Assembly: GCA_964537715.1 (NCBI GenBank) | Contig: CAZIAH010000007.1 | Coordinates: 2,734-66,733, forward strand | Reading direction: 5' to 3' | DNA from: an uncultured bacterium | GTDB lineage: Bacteria; Zhuqueibacterota; QNDG01; DSAB01 | DNA: 64,000 nucleotides | Shown here: piece after piece, positions 42,665 through 53,567 of the stretch | Layout of the letters: every line of letters starts with the position of its first letter | How positions within the stretch are numbered: the first letter of the stretch is position 1 | Position numbers and translations under genes: made by a program | The notes under the pieces: generated by a model | The model's input: only the letters and a program-made list of their open reading frames with translations | Databases searched by the model: none | What the model was told of the DNA's origin: nothing

Positions 42665-43222
42665 TCAGACTTCCATAATCTCTTTTTCTTTGACTTTAAT
42701 CATTTCGTCTATTTTTTTAATATTTTCATCTGTCAATTCCTGAATATCGATACCACCGTTGTATTCTTCGTCTTCGGAAATCTGATGCTCTTTTTGAGCC
42801 TTTTTCAATTGATCGATGCCATCCCTCCGGATATTTCGAACTGCGATGCGCCCCTCCTCGCCCAGTTGATGCATCAATCGAACGAGGTCTTTTCGTCTTT
42901 CTTCGGTGAGCACCGGAATGGGCAGTCGTATAATGTGTCCATCATTATTGGGTGTAATGCCTAAATCTGTTTTCTGAATGGCTTTTTCAATTTCGGAAAG
43001 CATATTTCGATCCCAGGGTTGAATCGTAATCAATCTGGGTTCCGGGATCCCAAGATTTGCCACCTGCTTAAGTGGCACTTTACTGCCGTAATAATCGACT
43101 TTTACCGTATCCAAAAGAGAAAGACTGGCTCTGCCGGTTCTGATTTTAGTCAACTCAGAATGGGTCGTTTCCAGGGTTTTTTCCATACGTTCTTTTAACG
43201 ATTTCAGGACTTGCTCAACCAT
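42665..43222 (-). CDS. frr: Ribosome recycling factor
   Basis: [24 protein letters not shown]. Confidence 0.96.
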   Translation of the reverse strand: MVEQVLKSLKERMEKTLETTHSELTKIRTGRASLSLLDTVKVDYYGSKVPLKQVANLGIPEPRLITIQPWDRNMLSEIEKAIQKTDLGITPNNDGHIIRLPIPVLTEERRKDLVRLMHQLGEEGRIAVRNIRRDGIDQLKKAQKEHQISEDEEYNGGIDIQELTDENIKKIDEMIKVKEKEIMEV

Positions 43223-43949
43223 ACACCTCTCCTTTGACTATCGATCCGATCTTTTCACCGCTGACCACACGTTTTAAATTTCCGTGTTTCAGCAACTTGA
43301 AAACGATAATCGGAATCTTATTTTCTCTGCAGAGTGTGACCGCTGTAGCATCCATCACGCCTAATTTTTTCGAGATCACTTCCGAATAGGTAACCTGGTC
43401 ATACTTTTTCGCATCGGGATCTTTTTCAGGGTCCGAACTGTAGATGCCGTCGACTTTGGTTGCTTTCAATACCGCATCTGCCTGAATTTCATTTGCTCTC
43501 AATGCTGCTGCAGTATCCGTTGTGAAATAGGGATTCCCGGTTCCAGCTGCAAAAATAACGAGCCGATTTTTTTCCAAATGAGCAATAGCGCGTCTGCGGA
43601 TAAAAGGTTCGGCCATTGCATCCAACCGGATAGCAGACATGACACGTGTAGAAACTCCTTCTTTTTCCAAAAAATCCTGAAGTGCAAGGGAATTAATGAC
43701 AGTAGCCAGCATGCCCATATGATCCGCTGCAACGCGATCCATCCCTCTTGTACTTGCCGAAAGCCCCCGAAATATATTGCCACCACCCACCACAATACCA
43801 ATCTGTACACCTAATTTTTGAACATCGTGAATTTCTTCCGCAATAGTTTTAACTACTTGGGGGTCGATCTCAAGTTCACGGTTAATCCTCAGAGCCTCAC
43901 CGCTTAACTTAAGCATGATTCGTTTATAGAGCGTCTTTTTAATTTTCAA
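43215..43949 (-). CDS. pyrH: UMP kinase
   Basis: [22 protein letters not shown]. Confidence 0.96.
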   Translation of the reverse strand: MKIKKTLYKRIMLKLSGEALRINRELEIDPQVVKTIAEEIHDVQKLGVQIGIVVGGGNIFRGLSASTRGMDRVAADHMGMLATVINSLALQDFLEKEGVSTRVMSAIRLDAMAEPFIRRRAIAHLEKNRLVIFAAGTGNPYFTTDTAAALRANEIQADAVLKATKVDGIYSSDPEKDPDAKKYDQVTYSEVISKKLGVMDATAVTLCRENKIPIIVFKLLKHGNLKRVVSGEKIGSIVKGEVYG

Positions 43950-43978
43950 TCCCCTTTATGCAATCACGGCAGACAAAA

Positions 43979-44581
43979 TTATTCAAGTTCTTCGCCAAGC
44001 TGATACCGGACAAAACGTCGAACAGACATATTTTCGCCCAATTTGCCAGAAATTTCCATCAGATATTCCTTGACAGTTTTGCTTTGCTCTTTCACGTAAC
44101 TCTGTTCAGTGAGCACGACTTCCTGAAAATATTTTTCCAGTTTTCCCTGGGTAATCTTTTCCACGACCGCTTCCGGCTTATCCCCCTTTTCGGCCTGTGA
44201 ACGGAAAATCTCCATTTCCTTTTTAATTAATTCTTCGGGAACATCTTCACGATGAATGGCAATGGGATTACTCGCGGCGATTTGCATGGCAATATTTTTG
44301 GCTGCTGCTTTGAATTCGTCGGTTTTCGCAACAAAATCCGTTTCACAGTTCATTTCAAGAAGGACACCGAGGCGGTCCCCCGGATGAATATAGGAAACAA
44401 TGACACCTTCATTGGCTGCTTTGTCGCTACGCTTCTGAGCAGAAGCGATCCCCTTTTTTCGAAGATACTCGATTGCTTTTTCCACATCGCCTTTGGTCTC
44501 AAGCAGTGCTTTTTTACAATCCATCATACCGGCACCGGTCATATCGCGAAGTTTTTTTACTTCAACTGCAGATACAGACAT
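43979..44581 (-). CDS. tsf: Elongation factor Ts (short form)
   Basis: TGAGMMDCKKAL, NCETDFVAK. Confidence 0.96.
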   Translation of the reverse strand: MSVSAVEVKKLRDMTGAGMMDCKKALLETKGDVEKAIEYLRKKGIASAQKRSDKAANEGVIVSYIHPGDRLGVLLEMNCETDFVAKTDEFKAAAKNIAMQIAASNPIAIHREDVPEELIKKEMEIFRSQAEKGDKPEAVVEKITQGKLEKYFQEVVLTEQSYVKEQSKTVKEYLMEISGKLGENMSVRRFVRYQLGEELE

Positions 44582-44592
44582 GTATATTCCCC

Positions 44593-45354
44593 TTAAAAAT
44601 TATTTTCCTCAGGTTCTTCGACTTCTGTAACTTTCTCTTCCTTCGGTTCTTCATCTTTATTTTCTTCGAAATCCTTCGATTTCGATTCCAAAATAGCATC
44701 GGCAAAAGTATGCACAATCAAACTAATCGATTTAAAAGCATCATCATTGGCAGGTATCGGGAAATCCACAGGATCAGGATCACAATTGGTATCAAGCATG
44801 CCAAACACGGGAATATTGAGTTTTCTGGCTTCCGCGACGGCAATGGCTTCCTTTTTCGTATCGATCACAAACAGTCCGCCCGGCAATCTGACCATATCCT
44901 TGATACCGCCAAGGGTTTTCTCCAACTTTTCTTTTTTTCTTTCTATTTGCAATATCTCTTTTTTCGTGATACTGTCATAGGTCCCGTCGGTCGTCATTTT
45001 TTCAAGATTTTTTAGATGTTTGATACTTTTTTTAATCGTCGAAAAATTTGTCAATGTTCCACCAAGCCAGCGCTCCGTAACAAAGGGCATGCCGCATCGT
45101 TCCGATTCAACCCTCACGATGTCTTTCGCCTGTTTCTTTGTTCCCAGAAAGAGTATTTTTTCTCCCGCCTGCACAATTTTTTTAATCGCTTCACTTGCTT
45201 CGAGAATACAACTCAATGTCTTGTTGAGATCGATAATATAAATGCCGCTTCTTTCCATGAAAATATACGGTTTCATTTTGGGATTCCAGCGGCGCGTGAG
45301 ATGCCCGAAATGGGCACCTGACATAAGCAACTGCTGTAAACTAATTTCCGACAT
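44593..45354 (-). CDS. rpsB: 30S ribosomal protein S2
   Basis: [25 protein letters not shown]. Start at ATG 45354 after an AAAGGAG SD. Confidence 0.96.
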   Translation of the reverse strand: MSEISLQQLLMSGAHFGHLTRRWNPKMKPYIFMERSGIYIIDLNKTLSCILEASEAIKKIVQAGEKILFLGTKKQAKDIVRVESERCGMPFVTERWLGGTLTNFSTIKKSIKHLKNLEKMTTDGTYDSITKKEILQIERKKEKLEKTLGGIKDMVRLPGGLFVIDTKKEAIAVAEARKLNIPVFGMLDTNCDPDPVDFPIPANDDAFKSISLIVHTFADAILESKSKDFEENKDEEPKEEKVTEVEEPEENNF

Positions 45355-45385
45355 AAAATTTCTCCTTTGTTCTGGGTTGATCCGC

Positions 45386-45453
45386 CATTCCTGTCCACTT
45401 TTCAAAAAATCCCGCAAAAATTGCGGGACACCCACTTTGAAAATCAAGGAATG
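45386..45453 (-). promoter_or_regulatory. rpsB (S2) leader RNA structure
   Basis: Nested stems CATTCCT/AGGAATG, TTTTCAAA/TTTGAAAA and TCCCGCAA/TTGCGGGA, with an internal GGGT. Confidence 0.7.
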
Positions 45454-45469
45454 TGTGATTTAATTTGGT

Positions 45470-45862
45470 TTAACGTTTGGAGAACTGGAAGTGCTTTCGC
45501 GCACCAGGCTGACCGTACTTTTTCCGTTCTTTTTCTCGCGGATCTCGTGTTAAAAATCCTGCATCTCGAAGCGGTTTCTTCAACTCTTCGTTGACTTTGA
45601 CCAGCGCTCTTGAAATCCCCAGCAGCATGGCGCCCGCCTGTCCCGTCAAACCGCCTCCCCTGACCGTGGCATGTACATCGTACTGTCCCTCGGTTTTGGT
45701 AACTCCAAACGGTTGTCTAATAATCATTTCGAGTGTTTGTCTTCTGAAATAATCCAGCAGATTCTTCCCGTTTACCTGGAATTGACCCGATCCAGGACTG
45801 ATCCATATTCTGGCAATAGATTCTTTGCGTTTACCGGTGGCGTATGTACTTGCTCCTTTCAT
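45470..45862 (-). CDS. rpsI: 30S ribosomal protein S9
   Basis: [25 protein letters not shown]-terminal FSKR. Confidence 0.97.
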   Translation of the reverse strand: MKGASTYATGKRKESIARIWISPGSGQFQVNGKNLLDYFRRQTLEMIIRQPFGVTKTEGQYDVHATVRGGGLTGQAGAMLLGISRALVKVNEELKKPLRDAGFLTRDPREKERKKYGQPGARKHFQFSKR

Positions 45863-46302
45863 ATTCTCCTCAGATGATTTGGCAGAACCTCTGGTTTCTG
45901 CGCTTGTTGTTGATGATCCGGACCGGGATAGATACGAAGCTTTTTGATCATTTTCCGGCCCAATCGGTTTTTCGGCAGCATGCCTTTGACAGCATGATAT
46001 AACACTTTGTCAGGACTTCCCTTGAGGACTGCATCGGCTTTTTTGATTCTCAATCCACCGGGGTATCCTGTATAGCTTACATATCTCTTTTGCGATGTTT
46101 TTCGACCTGTCAATTTAAGCTGACTCGCATTGATCACAACCACATGGTCACCCACATCGAGATGGGGCGTATAGATGGGTTTATGTTTTCCACGTAGCAA
46201 CGTAGCGATTTGACTAGCCAAACGACCCAGTATCACATTCTGTGCGTCTATCAAATACCAGTTGTGCTGAATCTCCGTGATCTTTGGTACGGTTGTTTTC
46301 AC
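45859..46302 (-). CDS. rplM: 50S ribosomal protein L13
   Basis: [26 protein letters not shown]. Confidence 0.97.
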   Translation of the reverse strand: MKTTVPKITEIQHNWYLIDAQNVILGRLASQIATLLRGKHKPIYTPHLDVGDHVVVINASQLKLTGRKTSQKRYVSYTGYPGGLRIKKADAVLKGSPDKVLYHAVKGMLPKNRLGRKMIKKLRIYPGPDHQQQAQKPEVLPNHLRRI

Positions 46303-46340
46303 TCGATTGCTATCCTCCTTGTCATTTTACAGTGACTTAA

Positions 46341-46369
46341 AATATAATGAATCTTAGATTTATTGTCAA
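46341..46369 (-). promoter_or_regulatory. Sigma70 promoter of rplM
   Basis: TTGACA-N17-TATATT. Confidence 0.75.
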
Positions 46370-46505
46370 GACGTTTATTTCGCTTGAAATCAGTAATCGA
46401 TCATTCTGTACAGTAATTTTATGGCTGTACATGTGCCATATTCTTTTTTCGAATCTTGCCGAAAGTTCGACATGACCCAAACTCCGAACTAAAAACTAAA
46501 GTAAT

Positions 46506-48707
46506 TTATATGATCGTAAACCGGGCATATTGTGTCATGAATTTTTTCTCGACACCACTATCGAACCTAACGGTGACCTTCTGTTTTTGATTTTTACCCT
46601 CGATACAGGTAACTTTACCCCTGCCGTAAATCTCATGTTCAATCAGTGTCCCAGTTTTCAATCGTGAAGCTTCCTGAGAAATATTCTCATAATCGGGATG
46701 AGCTTCAAATAAAGCTTCCTCTGTAAACCGCTGCTTTCTGTGAAAAGGCCTCCCGTATTCCCGAATGGTGGTTTTCGTCCAGTTCACTATGGAAGGTTCC
46801 AGGTCATCCAGGAACCGCGACGGCAAACGATACACCATGTCATTCATGAAACTTCTCTGCAACGCGTAAAACAGATAAACTTTTTCTTTGGCACGGGTCA
46901 ATCCTACATAGAACAGTCGTCTCTCCTCTTCCAGATCTTCCGGATTGTCGAGGCTTCTTGATATAGGTAAAAGTGAATCTTCAAGCCCCGTGATCATGAC
47001 TACGGGAAATTCGAGGCCCTTGGCACAGTGCAATGTCATCAACGTAACCACGTTGGCTTTCTGATCCCAATTGTCAATATCGGTAATCAATGCAACCTCT
47101 TCAAGAAATCCTCTGAGCGAGGCCTCTTTATTTGCGCGAACATAATCATTAATCGCATTCAGAAATTCCCGCACATTCTCTTTTCTCGTTTCTCCCTCAA
47201 TGCTCGTGTCCGTTTTATACATAGCGAGCAAACCGGTTTCATCGATCAATGTGTGTACCAGTTCATTGAGAGAAATTTTATCTTTCAATCCGAGATATTT
47301 TTGAATGGTTTGATAAAAACGTTGCATACTCTGCCGGATTCTCTGTGGAATATCCTCGATCTCTTCGACCTTTTGAATCGCTTGAAACAGATCGAGATTT
47401 TGCGATCTGGCCCACTTCTGTAATTTCTGCAGCGATACTTCACCAATGCCACGCGCCGGGAAATTGACGATCCGGTTGAAACTGACTTCATCTCTGGGAT
47501 TCATAATCAATTTCAGATAAGCCAGTATGTCTTTGATCTCTTTTCTCTCGTAGAACCGAACGCCTCCCACGATCACATAACTGATTCCGTTCCGCCGCAT
47601 GGAATCTTCCAGTATTCGGGATTGGGCGTTGGTCCGGTACAGAACGACGAAATCGCTGAAATGCCGTTTTTTACGGAAGACCTCTTCTTGAATTTTTTCG
47701 ACCACACTTGTCCCCTCTTCCCGCTCATCCCGAACTTCAGTAATTTCGACATTTTCTCCATGTTCCTTTTTAGACCACAGTGTCTTTTCTTTTCGTCCCA
47801 AATTTTTTCTAACCACTGAATTAGCGGCCTTCAGGATGTTTTGCGTAGATCGATAACTCTGCTCAAGACGAAAAATCTGGGTATTCGGGAAATCCTTTTC
47901 GAATTCCAGAATATTTCTCAAGTCCGCGCCTCTCCACCGGTAAATCGATTGGTCATCGTCTCCGACCACAAACAAATTCTTGTGATTCTTAGCTAACAGA
48001 TAAATTAACTGATATTGAGCCCGGTTGGTATCCTGATATTCGTCCACTAAAATGTATTTCATCCGCGACTGATATTTTTCGAGCAGATCGGGAAAATTTT
48101 CGAAAAGATAGATCGGAGAGATCAAAAGATCATCGAAATCGAAGGCGTTGTGTGCTTTCAAACGATGTTGATATTCTGGATAAATTTGCGCAACAACTTC
48201 CTCAAAAGGATTTTTTGTGTTTCGCCGGAATGTTTCGGGTTGAACAAGACTGCTTTTGGCACGAGAAATCACGGAGAGCACACTTTTCGGCGCATATTGC
48301 GAGGGGCTGTAATTCAAATCTTGGAGAATCGATTTGGTAAGGCGTTCCTGATCATCGGAATCGTAAATCACAAAATCGGGTTGGTATCCCAAATTGACGG
48401 CTTCCATGCGAAGAACTCTGGCAAATATTGAATGAAAGGTACCGATCCACAAATCTTTATCGACCGGCGTGATTTGGGCAATACGTTGCTTCATTTCGGA
48501 AGCCGCTTTGTTCGTAAACGTCATTGCCAGAATTTCCCAGGGGGAAACACCTAACTCATGAATGAGATAGGCAATGCGGTACGTGAGCACCCGTGTTTTT
48601 CCGCTTCCCGCTCCTGCAAGGACAAGAATCGGACCGGACTTTGCCGTTACAACTTCGCGTTGCTGGGGATTGAGTGCATCAAGTGGAAATGTCGAATGTT
48701 TTGTCAC
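46506..48707 (-). CDS. pcrA: ATP-dependent DNA helicase PcrA/UvrD
   Basis: AGAGSGKT, DEYQD, GDDDQSIY, KGLEF, EERRLFYV, C-terminal Tudor-like domain. Confidence 0.94.
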   Translation of the reverse strand: MTKHSTFPLDALNPQQREVVTAKSGPILVLAGAGSGKTRVLTYRIAYLIHELGVSPWEILAMTFTNKAASEMKQRIAQITPVDKDLWIGTFHSIFARVLRMEAVNLGYQPDFVIYDSDDQERLTKSILQDLNYSPSQYAPKSVLSVISRAKSSLVQPETFRRNTKNPFEEVVAQIYPEYQHRLKAHNAFDFDDLLISPIYLFENFPDLLEKYQSRMKYILVDEYQDTNRAQYQLIYLLAKNHKNLFVVGDDDQSIYRWRGADLRNILEFEKDFPNTQIFRLEQSYRSTQNILKAANSVVRKNLGRKEKTLWSKKEHGENVEITEVRDEREEGTSVVEKIQEEVFRKKRHFSDFVVLYRTNAQSRILEDSMRRNGISYVIVGGVRFYERKEIKDILAYLKLIMNPRDEVSFNRIVNFPARGIGEVSLQKLQKWARSQNLDLFQAIQKVEEIEDIPQRIRQSMQRFYQTIQKYLGLKDKISLNELVHTLIDETGLLAMYKTDTSIEGETRKENVREFLNAINDYVRANKEASLRGFLEEVALITDIDNWDQKANVVTLMTLHCAKGLEFPVVMITGLEDSLLPISRSLDNPEDLEEERRLFYVGLTRAKEKVYLFYALQRSFMNDMVYRLPSRFLDDLEPSIVNWTKTTIREYGRPFHRKQRFTEEALFEAHPDYENISQEASRLKTGTLIEHEIYGRGKVTCIEGKNQKQKVTVRFDSGVEKKFMTQYARFTII

Positions 48708-48728
48708 AAATTTTCCTGGTTGAACTGT

Positions 48729-49802
48729 TTATCGTGAATGGTTTTTGATCTTTCTCCGAAGCCGGTCGAGATGCCGTTTAGCATCGAGATGATCCGATAA
48801 TGATCTTGAAAACGTGTGCGAGCCATCTCCATTCGCTACCATATAGAGATAGTTGACCGAATCGGGATGGAGCACAGCCATAATCGAAGCCAGTCCGGGA
48901 TTGTTCACCGGACCGGGAGGAAGGCCGGCGTTCAAGTACGTATTGTAAGGAGATTTGATTTTTAAATCCTTGCTGAGCAGTCTTCTCGGTCCATCGTCGA
49001 TGATGTACTGTATCGTGGGATCGGCCTGAAGACGCATGTGCCTTTTCAACCGGTTCTGATACAGAGCGGCAATAGACTTCCGTTCCGAATCCAGAACGGC
49101 TTCTCCTTCCACAATGGAAGCGAGTATCACAACATCATGAACAGACATCCCTATCTCTTCAGCACGTTCCGCCATCTCAACCGTGAACATCTTTTTAAAT
49201 TGAGTCACCATGATTCGGATCATCTCCTCCGCAGACATTTTGGAACTGAAATAATAAGTGTCGGGATAGAGGTACCCTTCCAAACAAGCCACATTGAGAC
49301 CGAGCTGACGGATGAACAATGTATCTCGTATAACATTCATAAATTCAGCGGAATCAATTTTCATTTTCTCTAAAAAAATTCCGGCAATTTTTTCGGATCG
49401 GAGACCTTCGGGAAAAGTTACTTTGATCAGCATGGTTTGACCGCGAAACAACTTTTTCAGCACCTGGTAATTATTAGTCACCTTTTTATAAAAAAGATAA
49501 TCTCCGGCCTGCAATTTCCGGCTGACACCAAGCAATTTGGCCGCGATAAGAAACTGTTTTGAACTTCGAATCACACCATTGCCAAAAAGAGAATCGGAAA
49601 TGTCCTGAGGGCTCACGCCTTTTTCAATCGTGATCTGGATTGGTAAGGCGTTGTGAAGCGTTCTCCAGGGAATAAAAAGAAAATAACTGTAAAACAGAAT
49701 GAAACAAACACAAAATAAAAGAGCAACGACTGCGATTGCACGATTTTTGGGTTGATGAATATCGATTTTTTGTAGATTCTGAATTATTTTTTTCCGCATC
49801 AC
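48729..49802 (-). CDS. mltG: Endolytic transglycosylase MltG
   Basis: N-terminal TM; LEGYLYPDTY, LASIVEGE, SPYNTY, GLPPGP. Confidence 0.93.
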   Translation of the reverse strand: MMRKKIIQNLQKIDIHQPKNRAIAVVALLFCVCFILFYSYFLFIPWRTLHNALPIQITIEKGVSPQDISDSLFGNGVIRSSKQFLIAAKLLGVSRKLQAGDYLFYKKVTNNYQVLKKLFRGQTMLIKVTFPEGLRSEKIAGIFLEKMKIDSAEFMNVIRDTLFIRQLGLNVACLEGYLYPDTYYFSSKMSAEEMIRIMVTQFKKMFTVEMAERAEEIGMSVHDVVILASIVEGEAVLDSERKSIAALYQNRLKRHMRLQADPTIQYIIDDGPRRLLSKDLKIKSPYNTYLNAGLPPGPVNNPGLASIMAVLHPDSVNYLYMVANGDGSHTFSRSLSDHLDAKRHLDRLRRKIKNHSR

Positions 49803-49883
49803 ACAATTTTTTTAAAATTGAAAATTCAATTTATCATTTTTCATTTTAATTGTCAATGATTTTTCCCGAACATCCGACTTTTT

Positions 49884-51080
49884 TTATTCACGTTTCAATA
49901 TCGAATTTTTGTATCCGCCTTTTTGAATCATTTTCTCTCCATACTTAATTCGAATCTGATCGGCAGCGTCAGACATTTTCCTGAACTTTTCCTTTTCCGA
50001 TTGGAACAGATCGGTTTGCTCCTGGTCCCGTGCGAATAGTTTCGTCACCCCGACACCCAGCAATCGAACCGGCCGATTCGTCTGTACAAAACGATCAAAC
50101 AACGATATCACTTCCTTATAAATATCATTCTCATAACAGGTCGGATTGTTCAGGGTACTGTGCCTCACATGGGTTGAAAAATCCTCAAAACGTATTTTCA
50201 GGACCACTGTTTTTCCCTGTAATCGATTTTTCCGCAGCCGGAATGCCACCTTTTCGGAAAGTTTCAACAGTGTGTTTTTCAACAGTTCCCGGTTGGCACT
50301 ATCGTTCTCGAATGTGATTTCATTGCTGACCGATTGCACGTCCCGAAACGGAATCACAAGATCATCATTGATTCCTTTTGCATATTGAAAAAGCACCGTT
50401 CCCATTTTCCCGAACATTTCTCTGAGTGTTTTTTCCGGCATTTTTGAAAGACTGCCAATGGTCCGAAGTCCGACGGCATCAAGTTTTTCTTCGGCCTTTT
50501 TCCCAACGCCCCACAATCTTGATATCGGAAGCGGATTCAGAAAAGACGGAACTTCTTCCGGTTTCACGATAACGAATCCATCCGGTTTTTCCAGATCGGA
50601 AGCGATCTTTGCAATAAGTTTGTTTGGTCCGATACCGACAGAAGCGGTTAGCCTCTCTTCCCGAAGGATTTCTTCCTTGATTTTTCTGCCAATCGTTTCC
50701 GCATTTCCAAACAAACGGTTACTGCCCGAGACGTCTAAAAAGGCTTCATCCAGACTGACGGGTTCCACAACCGGCGTATATTTTCCGAATATTCGCATGA
50801 TATTTTTGCTCACTTCTGCATAGCGTTTCCCCCGCACCGGAAGAAAAATACCCTGGGGACAAAACCGATACGCCTGTGAGATAGGCTGAGCAGAATGCAC
50901 ACCGTATTTCCTTGCCTCATACGACGCTGCAGAAACGACACCGCGTCCTTTGCCTTCTTTAGGGTCTGCGCCAACAATGACCGGCTTTCCTTGATATTCG
51001 GGATAATCTCGCTGTTCCACGGAAGCAAAAAAAGCATCCATATCAATATGAATGATTATTCGCTTTTTATCTTGTATCAT
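49884..51080 (-). CDS. dinB: DNA polymerase IV
   Basis: HIDMDAFFASVE, SYEAR, SLDEAFLD, AKIASD. Confidence 0.95.
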   Translation of the reverse strand: MIQDKKRIIIHIDMDAFFASVEQRDYPEYQGKPVIVGADPKEGKGRGVVSAASYEARKYGVHSAQPISQAYRFCPQGIFLPVRGKRYAEVSKNIMRIFGKYTPVVEPVSLDEAFLDVSGSNRLFGNAETIGRKIKEEILREERLTASVGIGPNKLIAKIASDLEKPDGFVIVKPEEVPSFLNPLPISRLWGVGKKAEEKLDAVGLRTIGSLSKMPEKTLREMFGKMGTVLFQYAKGINDDLVIPFRDVQSVSNEITFENDSANRELLKNTLLKLSEKVAFRLRKNRLQGKTVVLKIRFEDFSTHVRHSTLNNPTCYENDIYKEVISLFDRFVQTNRPVRLLGVGVTKLFARDQEQTDLFQSEKEKFRKMSDAADQIRIKYGEKMIQKGGYKNSILKRE

Positions 51081-51191
51081 AAGTGACCGCTTAAAATCGT
51101 CTAATTATTTACGAATCGGTAAATTTTTCTTATTCTATTCAAATAATAATCCGTTCTTTTCTTTAAAAAAAGTGGCATATCAATTTTAAAA

Positions 51192-51668
51192 TCACTGAGT
51201 AAACTTTTTAGTTATAACATCATTATTCGATCTCTTTTTTTGAAAATACCGCCTCAGGATTTCTGCATGATCAAAAGCCAAATTGTCAGGTAAATCATCT
51301 TCAGAAAAAAGTCTAGCTGTTTTTGCATCGTCTGCGGCAACAGGAACGCCTTTCGCACTGGCCGTGAAAACGGCCGAAATCGTGTGCTGACGCGGATCTC
51401 TATCCGGATCGGAAAAGACACCGAACAATCCGGTTAATTGCACATCCAGAGAAACCTCTTCCTTGGCTTCACGGCGCGCCGCTGTCTCTACACTTTCCCC
51501 ATATTCAACGAATCCGCCTGGCAGGGCCCAGCCGTACGGGGGATTTTTTCTCTCGATCAAAATAATCCGCTTTCCGATTTCGATGATTACATCGACGGTC
51601 GGCACTGGATTCCGAAACTTTTTTATTTTCTGTCCACAAGCGGGACAGACAAGCCAAACGCTTTTCAT
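51192..51668 (-). CDS. Nudix hydrolase
   Basis: Nudix box [25 protein letters not shown]. Start taken at ATG 51668. Confidence 0.88.
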   Translation of the reverse strand: MKSVWLVCPACGQKIKKFRNPVPTVDVIIEIGKRIILIERKNPPYGWALPGGFVEYGESVETAARREAKEEVSLDVQLTGLFGVFSDPDRDPRQHTISAVFTASAKGVPVAADDAKTARLFSEDDLPDNLAFDHAEILRRYFQKKRSNNDVITKKFTQ

Positions 51669-51684
51669 TCGATTGCGTTCATCT

Positions 51685-52149
51685 TCACTTATGATATTTC
51701 TCTCCTCGGATGATCGTGAAACATCGATAGAGCTGTTCAAGAAGAATCAGTCTGACCATATCGTGCTGAAAAGTCAATTTGGACAGCGACAAAATAAAAC
51801 CGGCTTTTTTAAGAATCGTTTGATCGAGCCCCCAGGCGCTGCCGATCAAAAAGACCAGATCCTGAACGCCCTGATTCTGCCATCTTTGTATTCTCTGCGA
51901 CAGCTCGATCGTGTCCAACTCTTTTCCAGTACGTTCGACCGCCACCAGAAAAACTCCGTTTAAATTCATTGCAGATATATTTTCCGCCTCTTCTTTCATG
52001 ATCTCTTCTGGAGATTTTTTCCCGAAACCGCTTTTAACCAGGCAAATTTCTATCTGACAGTACCGCTTCAAACGGTTCAGGTAATTTTTTTCCCCTTCGA
52101 TCAAATAAGGAATTTTATTCTTGCCGATGGTCACAATTCTGATTTTCAT
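51685..52149 (-). CDS. rlmH: 23S rRNA pseudouridine1915 N3-methyltransferase
   Basis: [14 protein letters not shown]-terminal YHK. Confidence 0.92.
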   Translation of the reverse strand: MKIRIVTIGKNKIPYLIEGEKNYLNRLKRYCQIEICLVKSGFGKKSPEEIMKEEAENISAMNLNGVFLVAVERTGKELDTIELSQRIQRWQNQGVQDLVFLIGSAWGLDQTILKKAGFILSLSKLTFQHDMVRLILLEQLYRCFTIIRGEKYHK

Positions 52150-52233
52150 GAATCAACGTCCATTCTTCATCGTAGAATCCTTTGCAGCTATAATTTAATA
52201 AACAGAGCATACAATTCAATAGAAAAATAGCGG

Positions 52234-52262
52234 TTGACACTTATTCTTTTATATTCTATCTT
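52234..52262 (+). promoter_or_regulatory. Sigma70-like promoter of pheA
   Basis: TTGACA-N17-TATCTT. Confidence 0.6.
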
Positions 52263-52296
52263 TATTCATCCCATCAATCGTTCAGCAAAACACAGG

Positions 52297-53130
52297 ATGA
52301 AAAAGATGATTAAAGTTGCTTTTCAGGGAGAAAGAGGCGCCTATAGCGAAGATGCCGCATATCATTTTTGGCAAAAAAATATCGAAGCGGTAGCGCACAA
52401 CAAATTCAAGGACATTTTTGACTCGGTTTTGAACAACCGATGCGATTTCGGAATCATCCCTATCGAGAATTCACTCACAGGAAGCATTCATCAGAACATC
52501 GACTTGCTGCTCGATTTTCATCTTTCGATTGTGGGTGAAATCATTCTCAGCATCAAACACTATCTTCTGGCCTTGCCGAATGTCAAACTCGGAGATATCA
52601 AATCGGTCTGTTCGCATCCGCAGGCACTCGAACAGTGTTCCAATTTCCTCGACACTTTGGAAGAAATCGAAATCGTTCCCATGTACGATACTGCAGGATC
52701 TGCAAGATTTATTGTGGAAAATAATAGACTCGACAGCGCGGCCATCGCAAGTTTAAGAGCAGGACAAGACTACGGGTTACACGTTCTAAAAAAGGATATC
52801 GAAAACAACCATCAGAATTTTACCCGTTTTCTGATTATTTCAAAAACACTTCAAACCCCTAAAAAAGACGCAAAAACCTCCATTGTGTTCAGTACAAAAG
52901 ACATTCCCGGAGCCTTGTTTAAGGCATTAAGCGTTTTTTTTCTGCGGGAAATCAACTTGCTGAAAATCGAATCACGTCCCCTACGTAAAGGCCCTTGGAA
53001 ATACTGGTTTTATCTCGATTTTGATGGAAGCATGCAGGAGGAGTCCTGTCAAAATGCGATCAACCATCTGAAAGAAATCACGTCATTTTTAAAAGTGCTT
53101 GGTTCTTATTCGAAAGGCAAGATTGTTTGA
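52297..53130 (+). CDS. pheA: Prephenate dehydratase (monofunctional, ACT domain)
   Basis: GAYSE, PIENS, SHPQAL, NFTRF, IESRP. Start at ATG 52297 or 52306. Confidence 0.93.
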   Translation: MKKMIKVAFQGERGAYSEDAAYHFWQKNIEAVAHNKFKDIFDSVLNNRCDFGIIPIENSLTGSIHQNIDLLLDFHLSIVGEIILSIKHYLLALPNVKLGDIKSVCSHPQALEQCSNFLDTLEEIEIVPMYDTAGSARFIVENNRLDSAAIASLRAGQDYGLHVLKKDIENNHQNFTRFLIISKTLQTPKKDAKTSIVFSTKDIPGALFKALSVFFLREINLLKIESRPLRKGPWKYWFYLDFDGSMQEESCQNAINHLKEITSFLKVLGSYSKGKIV

Positions 53131-53176
53131 TGTTTGTGCAGCCAAGTTTCGCAGATTTTCCGACGAATATTCTATC

Positions 53177-53536
53177 CTAGTTGTCATCCAATATTTTCAA
53201 AATCTCTTTGAGATCATGGGAAATTTCATCCATAAATTTCCGTTTTTCTGTTCGATGCTTGTATTCGATCTTCTCATCCAGATCAAAATGGGCGTCTGCA
53301 TTCAAAAGAAGGGCAACTATCTTTTCATCTTTGTACCCGGCATCTTTCAGTTTTTTGATTTGAAGTATGGTATCCAGATCACGCTGACGAAACAACCGTC
53401 TTCCGGCCTTGCTTTTGACAGGGCGAAGCAACGGAAATTTTTCTTCCCACAGTCTCAGGGTCTGAGCAGAAATCTGCGTGATTTTCCTGACATCACGCAC
53501 CGTATAATAGAGTCTTCTGATCGTCAAATTCGGCAT
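53177..53536 (-). CDS. MerR family HTH regulator
   Basis: LYYTVRDV...TLRLWEEKFPLLRP...GRRLF. Start taken at ATG 53536. Confidence 0.82.
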   Translation of the reverse strand: MPNLTIRRLYYTVRDVRKITQISAQTLRLWEEKFPLLRPVKSKAGRRLFRQRDLDTILQIKKLKDAGYKDEKIVALLLNADAHFDLDEKIEYKHRTEKRKFMDEISHDLKEILKILDDN

Positions 53537-53567
53537 ATTTGACCTCGATAAAAACACTATGGTTGAT

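Noticed and set aside
43979-44581. EF-Ts of only 200 aa as a truncation
   Set aside because: The short form of EF-Ts is a known natural variant and its motifs are intact.
45355-45447. N-terminal extension of RpsB in the ORF track (likewise for dapB, Nudix, pheA and MerR)
   Set aside because: Upstream alternative starts overlap leaders, promoters or neighbouring genes. Downstream ATGs fit the family N-termini better.
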